DNA of 51,859 nucleotides, taken from Paraspadella gotoi. Its lineage: Eukaryota; Animalia; Chaetognatha. A program made the translations under genes and the position numbers. The DNA lies in assembly GCA_051294375.1 (NCBI GenBank), contig JBJCIZ010000368.1:1-51859 (forward strand). Direction: 5' to 3'. The stretch's first letter is position 1, and each line of letters begins with the position of its first letter. This document shows, piece after piece, positions 13,101 to 22,471 of the stretch. The notes under the pieces were generated by a model that was given only the letters and a program-made list of their open reading frames with translations, ran no database searches and was not told where the DNA came from.

Positions 13101-14600
13101 CACCACGCATCTCCGATATCCTGTAGCGCCTACGACTGCCGCGGCCGGCGCTTTTGCTGGTGGAGCGCGTCTGTAGAGTGGAGGAAACGCGCATGCGCCG
13201 GCGGCGCACCAGAGAAGAATAAAGAAAGCTTGAGCACACGTCGACGGACAAGTTCAGCGTAGTGGACAACGGAAGCGTCTGGCGTGTCTAGCGTGCAGGT
13301 AGAGACGGCGTTAGCAGGTGTAGCGGCATCTCCACGTTAGTGCGGCCGTTCTTGGGCGATGTAGGCGAAGCAGAGCTTGTCGCGTTGAAGGGCGGACCGA
13401 GCGGGAGATGGTCGTTCAGTCTCTCGTGTTCAAAAACGGACGGGATGAATCCATCTTCGGAGACGGGCGCGGAGGACAGAGGACGCGCTCGCCTATTATT
13501 TATTTAATAATGTCTAAATCAATAATTATAAGAGTGAATTAAATAGGAGAAGAAATACGTATGCGACAGTACAGCGGCTCCTGATCACCAAACGCCCACC
13601 GTGGGGCTCTCCCACGCCGCGCGCTCCGGTGCGGCGGATAATCACGCTGCGCACGACGTTGTACCGGCAATTGCCGAGAGGACAACGGCGACCGTCCGGT
13701 CCGCTGCCGATCCTTCGCAGTCGCTGGCCATGCACCCAGGCGCTGCAAATTCGGCAAGGGGTAGCGGCGATTCATCACGGATATTCCCCAAATTACGGCC
13801 AGCGATCGAAACCATTTGGTCCTGACTGCACGCGAGGTCCTGCGGAGCCGGCATTCGGAAAAAACACGTGCCGGGCAAGCTGTCGGGGTTCCCACGCTCC
13901 GTCTGGCCCGCCATCCTCGACGGCGGTCGGCGCCAGCGCCAGCGTTTTCGCACCCCATGTTTCCTCGAGGAAGATGAGACTGCTACGGAGCGTCCTCGGG
14001 CGAGGCGCGGCGGTCGCGGGCTCGGGGCCTTGGAATCGCTCGAAGATATCCTCGTCGTCGGCGGTGTGGGCGTCGTTTGTGGCTGCCCCAAGCGATCGAA
14101 AATCCCGCGTGCACGAGATCCGCCTTCCTTTCCTCCGAACTCAGACCTCCTCCGTTCGTGTGCTCTCGCTCGTACTCTGTCTCTCCCACCTGTCCCCACT
14201 CCGCTCCTCCCTCCTGAAATTGCTCCAACTGTCCTGATTCGCGCCTCGCCGACCAAGTGACAGTATCGCGACGAATCCCGGGCTTTTCCGTGCGAATCGA
14301 GCCTCAGATACCGGTCCGAGTTCCTATCCGTCCGGCGTCGGCGGTACCTAGTCGGCGCCTCCGGTCTCGTCAGTGCGTGGACGCGTCTCGGTTGCTCATT
14401 GGATCGCGCGTCCACCCTCCCTGTCGGAACCTATCTTGGTGTAGCTCGCGCAGTGCCAGTCCCGAGGCTAGATGCGATCGCCCTCTGCTTATCGCGCGCA
14501 GCGAAGAAGCAGTAGCGAACCGGTCGGTTACCATAGAGAGCCGTCGAATTCGTGTTTTTCCGATGCGCGGTGACGGGAATGGATGAAACCGGTTTTTTTA
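10164..14600 (-). CDS. hAT-superfamily transposase (ZMYM1/DUF4371-type) with N- and C-terminal PHD-like fingers; spliced, frameshifted by read noise
   Basis: Motifs in order on the minus strand, read across frameshifts: TTF-type zinc finger IFCWRARC (about 13000) and RKHERIH (about 12880); FPLRGDD (about 12530); WSLI-ADDT..SGREQ (first Asp, about 12270-12320); EFEAF; (D)RVASM (about 11855); LGHNLNMCVK (CxxH region, about 11710-11740); SDIRW (about 11435); LVISS..SAFERDRS..NPLNL (dimerisation domain, about 10690-10780). Probable intron at about 13493-13558. The 5' start is approximate. Confidence 0.8.
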
Positions 14601-14849
14601 GTCAAAAGATGCGAGATGTGTCGACGCCATGATTCAAGTCGTGCAGACGCTATAAGAAGAGTAGTTTAGCGCGGGTATCTCGCGCGCGGCGGAGTAGTGT
14701 AGTGTGGGCTCGCTTCGTAGTCTGATCGCGAATACCTGCTCTCTCTTATAATATTTGGTTTTTAATACAACGAGATGTTCCGTTAAATTGAGAGAGTAGT
14801 ACTAAGTCAGCCCGTAGTGCCCTGACGTACTGTGCATACCCAGAAGCTA

Positions 14850-17800
14850 ATAAATTACTCGTATAAACGAACCGGCCCACCTACTTTTTTTCCGGTCTTT
14901 TGGTTTGCAATTATGTGCTCGCCGATTCTCCTTTGTTCTGTCTTCATTTAGTGGTTTAATTCTATCATAGAAGTGCCGGACACCATACGCATGTGTATGC
15001 TGTGAAAGTTTGCGAAGAATGCAAGAAGGTCCATCTGAGTCGTGGAATTGGAGGAAAGCTATGCTCCTCCTACTCCTACTTCTTTTCGGTATTATACAGT
15101 GTGTTCGCGTTATGACTCTCGTTTCCGCTGATTAGCAGACCCGGCGTGCTTTGCGGGGGTAGAGGTACCATGCCCACGCAAATGGAAAGTGCGTGATAGA
15201 GATGCAAGGAGGCTACACTAACAGAGGCTTAGTCAATTCGGTTACTACGAGCGCTATTTCGTGAGGACTGAAGAATAGGGAATTACGCGCGTTAAGCAGC
15301 TATTTAGAACCTATTATAGAGCAACTGATCGTGCAAATCTTTCCAGTGCCACCGTCTTCTTGAAGAAATGGTTTAATTCCAGTAACGTAATTAACGGTTA
15401 TGGATGAGAAAAGAGACAATAAAACAAGTAATGAACAGATACTGATTAGAGATAGACCGGATCAGTAAAAGATGTCTCAGTATCTGTGAGCCGGGCATTT
15501 GGACCGCGTCCAAGTTTCCATACAACTCTCCGTCACCTGCAAGCACTCAATTATCGCGCTTCGCTTCGAATGTCTCTACTTCGCTCGATCGCTGTTTACG
15601 TAGATCCCTCATTGGTAATATGAGCTCCCTCCGCCGTCGCCTCAGAGAGAGCGGGAAACACTTCTGTACCGTTCGCCGTTAATTTCGCAAGGCATCGTTT
15701 ATCATTTCCAGCGCATTAAATTCTCACAAATTATTGTCTTAAAGTTACCTGATGTAAAAACTCTACTAATAATTTCTCTGAACCCATTGAATAAAGCGCA
15801 GGAATACCTTGCCTCCTTCTATATAATAAATATATATAGAAGTACAATCTATAAGCCCACAAAATTCTGTTGTGACAATATAACTGTGTCGTAAGCTTAA
15901 TACACAACTAGGCTATCCTGTCCAAAAGGTGTGCAGGGGAGCCAAGAGTATATGGTACGGGTCAAAATTATACCTTAGAGAAATTCATTTGGTGATATGC
16001 GTACTGGAAATTTCTATGATTTACCATGTTAAATAATACGTCCTTATTACAAAACAAATGTTCGAGGATAGTCCCTCCTACGTGCTGGAAGTTGTTATTC
16101 CTATGCGCCAACTTCACGACCATTCGCGGCCGTCTCGCATCTCGCTGCGCGTCGACGCGATCGGGCGCAGAAAACGTCGCTAGCTTAGCCCGTGCACGAG
16201 AGAAGAAGTCTCTTGCTTCAAAGACTTTCGCGAGCCTCTCGTTTATCAGAGAGTTAAGTACGACTCCTTCTCGCGCATCGTCTTGCGTTCTAAAAGAAAG
16301 ATGAAGGCTCGTTGTCTTACTCTCTTTGGCGCGGTGGTCGCAGAGTCCGTTTTCTCTCTCTCGAAGCTCCTGAAGCGTAGGAAGAAAGGCACCATAGAAA
16401 TTATAAATTTTAAGGATGTTTACATTAGTCGCTACGTTCATATATCCCCGCCAATCCTCGAAATGGAGTGATCATATTAGATTCCTCCTTAAGTCGCCAA
16501 ATATCCTAGACCAGACTAGCCTGCACTGCCTTTTCCAATGGAAAGAATTCCGAGGAGTCACCTTGTAGTGGTATGAGAACGCTCCTGCACACACATCTTG
16601 TTATTATCTTGTAAGCTGTGATGGAGGCATTAAACCACCAAAGCCTGTTGATAAGTCGTAGGAGAGCAAAGTTATGTGTGTCTTCTTTATTTTTGATTAA
16701 TTGAGGGATGTTATTGGTTTCTCAAATCCTTATTATTTTAGTAAATGTGCGCCGAGTGAGATCTATTCCAATTTCTATTTTTGGATTTATATTGGTCAAT
16801 TGCCTTAAACTTCGTTCGTTTCTCTCATCTCTTATTTTATGATTTTCGGGTTAGTTATAAATTTAGAAGAATTACCAAAAAACCACCAAGAACCACCAGG
16901 ACTACTCAGAACCGATACTGATAATAAAAAGTCATCGGCTAAAGCGCCGCCGTCTCGCTATTCCCGATGACCAAGACAAATCGAAACCTTCCTTGCCCCC
17001 CCCCACCACTCCGGTGAAACCCTGGCCTCATCTCTTTCTCCCTAACCTCTCGAGCCTTCTTCGTAAGTGACGTTTCCGCGTTGGTTCCAGAGAATCCACG
17101 CAGGCCCCGCCAAGAACGAAAGACGTCCTCGTTGCCGCGAAACCCCCCGGCCGCGCCCACACGTCCTCCGCGGGGTGAGTGACGAGCGCTCGATGAGAAA
17201 GAGTTCCGAAAAAGCATCGCGACGAGACGCTTCCAGAGGAAATCAGGGGAAATGGAGAGGAGGCCTGGGGAGTCGGAATCATCCGCAGAGGCGTCGAGGT
17301 TGCAGAGAAAGAGTGTTGAAAGGCTCGCGGAGGAAATTTTGTTTGCAGAGCGTTAGAGCTTCCTTCATCTGTTCAAGTTTCACTTGAGATTAAAGTCTTT
17401 ATAATTTTTTTTTTTTTTTAATTCAAATTTGATTTTATTATTGCGAAGTCATAAATCACCAAAATGCCATTTAAAGAAAGTAAATGTAGCAAAAATGTTA
17501 GCTAAGACATCACATCATATTCCGCTAAATTAGTAGTTAAACCTTTTTATTTCTCTTAAATTTTTCAATAATACTCCTAGATATAGAAATGATTATATGC
17601 AGGTATTTATTAATTTAAAAATTCTTCATCACAGGCGACACTTCCGGACGAAATACGAACAAAATTTTAGTTTAAGCAAACAAAATAACAAAACGACATT
17701 CGATTATTTATACAAATAATCCGACTTTGCTTTAAAATGTAAATAGAATGGTGCGTCTCAAAGCCAAAAAGACCAAAACTAATATTCCCCAAAAATGAAA

Positions 17801-18720
17801 GCCCAAACTCGGCCTGCGCTGTCAAAAGGATCGCCAGGCTCGCCTTCTGTTGCCATCCCGGTAGGGGAAGGTCCAGATCGACGACGATCGTGGTTGGCCG
17901 CAAAGCGGAGTCCGTTAGAGGGAGGATGGTTCGAGATCGGCTTCGTCCGGTCACTAGTAGACTGCTGGAGTGAGGTCAGCTGGGCGCCACGAGCGACTCG
18001 AGTGCTTCGTCGTTTCGAAGGTGGGCGCGAGTTCGCCCCGTGGACAGAGTTCACCCGGGCACGCCTCGCGGGTACTGGAGGGATTAAATGAAGCATATGT
18101 GGCAGTTTTGTTAACGAATCGTCGGAGAATGTTCCAATTTTTTAACATTTGCTAAATCAGAGGAGGATTTAGCCTTGCGATCCAATTCTCCTCTTTCCTC
18201 TTCTTCTTCTTTTCCTCCTTCCTGCCCCCTCAGTTTAGTATTTGTTCTGTTCTAGCCGATTAAATTGCTTTAATTTTTACTCTCTTCGTCGAACAGCGCT
18301 ATGCCATTATTTTCACTCTATCTTCTTCACGCTTCAATACCCCTCAAGTAAATAATAGACGCACATGGAAATTATTTAATTCTCCGCGTGGCTGAGATAA
18401 AAACTTACCTTGTTGGACGAAAAACCTCTTCTGATCCAAGGTTCTCCAACTTGTCCCAAATTCAAGACGCTCCCGCCTTTCTTCCTCCATCAGTTGGCAC
18501 TTGGCGTAGAATCCCCGCCAAGATCATCCTGCCCGCCCCCATCTCCCGGACCGTCGGCCCCCGCCATTCCTGCCGGTTCAAACGGTCCGCGATCATAGAC
18601 TCCGCGGAACTCCGAAAGCCGAGACTTCCGCATGCGCCCCGCCGCTTCGATCTCCGACGACGCGGCCCGGAGCGCGCGCCTCGTCGCCGGAACTAACCGA
18701 AAGGCGTCGCAAGCCAACCC
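14850..18720 (-). CDS. RAG1L: RAG1-like (RAG1L/Transib-lineage) DDE recombinase/transposase; spliced, frameshifted by read noise
   Basis: RAG1-like motifs in collinear order: CQL (about 18495); PPLI..KC..WNILRRF (about 18117-18167) and FNPSSTREACPGELC (CND-like zinc motif); LTP (about 17175); EKEMRPG (about 17020-17040, cf. RAG1 EKVLLPG); KIEIGID (Asp at 16761-16763); CRSVLIPLQGDSSE (cf. CKPLCLMLADESD); RERENGL..HLSFRTQDDA (cf. REVEGL..CTLCDATRLEA); FDPYHILLAPLHTF (cf. DALH); LH..ITHFP..GNESHN (Glu at 15118-15120, cf. FHKTLAHVP..EGNESGN); WTFLHSS. GTAAGT donor at 18403-18408. Confidence 0.8.
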
Positions 18721-18922
18721 GCAGCAGGCGGCCGGGGAAAAAAAAGACGATTAGAGTTCGGAGAGATCATCTCCTCCTGTTTTTCTGGCGTCAATCCGAG
18801 TTTTTTGCATCTAAATCTAAGTGACTACGACTCTTTAAAAACATGTCCTCGTTATCACGAAGAGAAAAATCAGAGAATTAAGTTGAGCAAACAATTCNNN
18901 NNNNNNNNNNNNNNNNNNNNNN

Positions 18923-20245
18923 TAAAGAAAAATACAAAGATATCCTCGAGAAAAAAAAAAAATTAAAAAAAAATAAATATTGTACTTATGTATTGTAACT
19001 GTGTCATATTATTATGTTCTGTAACTATATAACTATGTACCGTGACTCTGTAACTGTATAAACATGTACCATGACTATGTACTGTAAATATCATTTAAAT
19101 TTCACCTTGTAATTATTTATACAAAATATATGTGAATATCATTTAATTTCAATTCTAGTAGATTCTATATTTAATTAAACAGTCAGAAATTCTTGAAAAT
19201 GGTTTTTTCCTTTTAGCTTGACCCCGTCTCGTTTTTGCCTAAAGATTTTAAAGGAAATAATAATGAGAGAGAGAGAGAGAGAGAGAAACTAACTTAAAAA
19301 CGTCGATAAAGATGCTTCGGTAGCGCTGACGTTAAGAGAGCCGTCGGTAGAAAATGGCCTCCCTTCCGATCGGAATTCGTTGCCACACAAATGTTGAGCC
19401 GAATCTAAATATCGAGGTCGGACTAGCTTTAGTCATTAATAATAATAATAATAATAAACAACTTTATTAGTTAGTTTATTACCTAATGAATAAGATCCAT
19501 GGAGCACCAGATACTCTAAGCATTCGTCATAGCTATTCATCCATTTGACCGCGGGGTATCCCGAGCATATGATTAAAATTGCCAGCAAGGCGAAGAGTCT
19601 CGCTTTCATCTTGCCGTCTTTGCGCCTGTCAACTCGATTTTTTTTTAACTAGTTTTTTTATTATTATTATCGCTCGACTTTAATATAAAATGGCGATCAG
19701 ACAAAAGAAAAACAAGTTTTTAAAATACTTATCACTACAATTTATTTTTATTATTAATAATACAAAAAAAATGACAAATGGGACACAAATTTTTTAGAGA
19801 AAACTATTACAAAAACTATTTTTTTATAAAATACAGAACAAAATAATTAATTAATTAATTAAAATTAATATTGCACAAACATATACGCACAATGATATAT
19901 AATTTTTTTAAGAGATTTTTTTTATTTTTTTTATTTTTTTTTTATTTTAATATTTTTTATCATTTTATAGGGTTTCTAACATAGATTATATATCATTATA
20001 ATTACAATTTGTATTAGTAGTAGTATTATTATTATACATGACATCTTAAGCATTTAAGACAAAGTACGCATTTTATTTACATTAATAATAAATAAGTGGC
20101 TGAACACTATCAGCCTTAAACTAAAATAAAACATTTGTACAATAATAATAATAATTTAAAAATGTATGTGTGTGTGTGTGTAAATTATTTTTTTTAAACG
20201 AGAACGTGCTCGACATAAATAATAAAAATCACCTACATTTTTAAA
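18923..20245 (+). repeat. Higher-quality copy of the polB-downstream block
   Basis: Direct repeat of 7510-9690 and inverted repeat of 1-510 and 1185-2275. Confidence 0.9.
19214..19609 (-). CDS. Small spliced secreted protein (about 80-87 aa) with signal peptide
   Basis: ATG at 19609 gives MKARLFALLAILIICSGYPAVKWMNSYDECLEYLVLHGSYSL. A GT-AG intron at 19482-19405 is followed in frame by DSAQHLCGNEFRSEGRPFSTDGSLNVSATEASLSTFLS. The protein either stops at 19289 or splices over the (TC)n tract to a short third exon (KNETGSS*). Confidence 0.65.
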
Positions 20246-20419
20246 TATACAGAGTATACACACTAAAAAAAATTGCGCAATCCTCGCTCCAAGAAAAGAA
20301 ATGGGGTTTGCCATGCAACGCGCGGGCTGTAACGCCGCTCGCGTCTTTTGTTGGTGGTTTTATTCAATCTCTATTTCACAGACGTCCGGCATCGATTTTG
20401 CGGAAAAAAAAAAAAGAAC

Positions 20420-20828
20420 AGAGAGAGAGAGAAGAGAGAGAAAATGACAGGAAGAGAAAGCAGGAGATAGAGTAAACGGACTTCATAGGCCTTATTTTTC
20501 TCTCTCTGTCTCTCTCTCTCTCTCGCTTTTCTTGTTTCCTATTATCCCTTTTTTCCGTGCTTTGAAGAAAGGAGTTTCAGAGAGTAGAAGGTTGATTGAA
20601 AAAAAAAAAACCAAAAAGGAGCAAAGGGGGAGAGAGAGAGGAGAGAGAGACGAGAGGAGAGAGAGAGAGAGAGAGAGAGGATGAGAGAGAGACAGAAACC
20701 GGCCATTTAGAAAGAAAGAAAAAAGAAAAGGCTAATAAAAAATTTGGGGGGAAACGGGGGAAAAAAAAAAAAAAAAAAAGTTTCACCAGAACAGGGAGAA
20801 AGAAAGAAGAGAGAGAGAGAGAGAGAAG

Positions 20829-20888
<60 letters not shown>

Positions 20889-20992
20889 GGAGAGTCGTTG
20901 TAAGAAAGAAGGAGGCAATGGGATAATAATGGTTGAGTGAGTTACCGGGTGCAAAGAGGAATTCATCTCGTTTCGTCGCATCCACTCTCTCT

Positions 20993-21046
<54 letters not shown>

Positions 21047-21065
21047 CTCTCTCGTCTCTCTCTCA
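20420..21065. repeat. Cluster of (GA)n/(TC)n microsatellites and poly-A
   Basis: (GA)n at about 20625-20690 and 20805-20885; (TC)n at about 20500-20525 and 20985-21065. Confidence 0.95.
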
Positions 21066-22219
21066 TTGCTTTCTTTCTCCAAACTGCCACCACTCGCTCT
21101 TCAAGAGAACGCCACCACACCGGCGGATCCATCACGCCATAAGGCCACCTGGGGACAAAATAACCAACTGAATACGATCGATTATTCGCCGGAAGAGAAA
21201 TGAGATCCGGAGGCCCGTTTGGGAAGTGGCGGATTCGCCGCCGTCCCACAGCGATGCCCTCAACGTTCGCCACATCGTTTCACCACAGAATTCCCTTACA
21301 GCGTTGCTCCCTTCGTCTCAACGCTTCGCACCCATTTCTTCCTCCATATCACTCCCGTAAAAGGCATATGTCTTTCCTTTGCCAAGCTGGTCTTTCCATA
21401 ATTCCCCTCATTTATCCGATTTTCCTCGTATTATCATTTTATCTCCTCAACACGATGATCCCTAACTCCCCCCCTTTTTTATACGAAACGTTAGGAATCC
21501 TTGAGACTCACATTCTCACTCGTCCCCTTTACTGAATTGGACCGGATTAACTTTTTCTATCTTCTTCATTTGTCATAAACATATTCTTCGTCGTCATCGC
21601 CATATCATATTTCATTATCTTCCCCTGGTCTTATCCAATTAAATCACGCCGCGCATCTTCTCGTCCTCACCGGCAGTCCTAACCGGACGGCACTCCCGCG
21701 CCACCCGTCCTCATCGGGCGGCCACCGTCCAATGTTCTGCGGCCGCCATCTTGAAAAGAGATCGGCGTCATAAAGTCAATAGCGTCATAAACGGAAAGGG
21801 GATCCTTCCCGGTATCTTTATCTTTATGCGCCACCGAGCACGCGCCGCCGCCGCCGGCCGGCCGCCGCCGCCGCTTTTATGGTCGAGATGACGACGACGC
21901 GTTAAAAGTCGATGATTTGCAATCGCCTGACCCGAAACCGTTTAGCGGCGGCGGCGGCGGCGGGCTATGTCAACGGCGGTGGCGGCGGGCGAAGGAAATG
22001 GAAGTGGAGACCGAGGAGAGGAGTCTAGAGAGTGCGACTGCGGCATCAGCATCAGTTGCGGCGGCGGCCGCAGCGTTTTATCACGCAGCAAACGACTACA
22101 AATTTGATGTTCGAACGTCGATGTCTATTTTTGGAATTAAAAACCGGAAATGACGATTTCAGTTTCTTTTTCTTGATTTGGGCGACCTCAATCAAAGAGA
22201 AGAAAAGGGCGTCTCCTTT

Positions 22220-22221
22220 CC

Positions 22222-22309
<88 letters not shown>

Positions 22310-22310
22310 T
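22220..22310. repeat. (TC)n microsatellite
   Basis: Directly visible dinucleotide run. Confidence 0.95.
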
Positions 22311-22471
22311 CTCTTCTCGTTTGGCTCCGACTCAACTTTCCATCACCGTTAATAGACGCCAGCGCAGTCGCCGGGCGATCGACCCACCTTCACGGATTCT
22401 TCCATTTCAACTGAAAACCATTCGAGCACCATAATCCTCTCTTCTTNNNNNNNNNNNNNNNNNNNNNNNNN

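Noticed and set aside
12013-14586. Plus-strand GC-rich ORFs over the hAT and PHD region
   Set aside because: Antisense shadows of the minus-strand gene with no recognisable motifs.
16490-16515. IFGDL(K) as the second catalytic Asp of a Chapaev3-like transposase
   Set aside because: The neighbouring frame aligns continuously with the RAG1 spacing, which places the second Asp at about 16375 instead.
9690-18897. RSS-like or hAT terminal inverted repeats and TSDs around the cassette (e.g. CACTAAA at about 10153, CACCTAC at about 14878)
   Set aside because: No matching inverted partner was found. The ends are noisy or in a gap.
20577-22414. ORFs with ERERER or SLSLSL runs
   Set aside because: Translations of (GA)n/(TC)n microsatellites.
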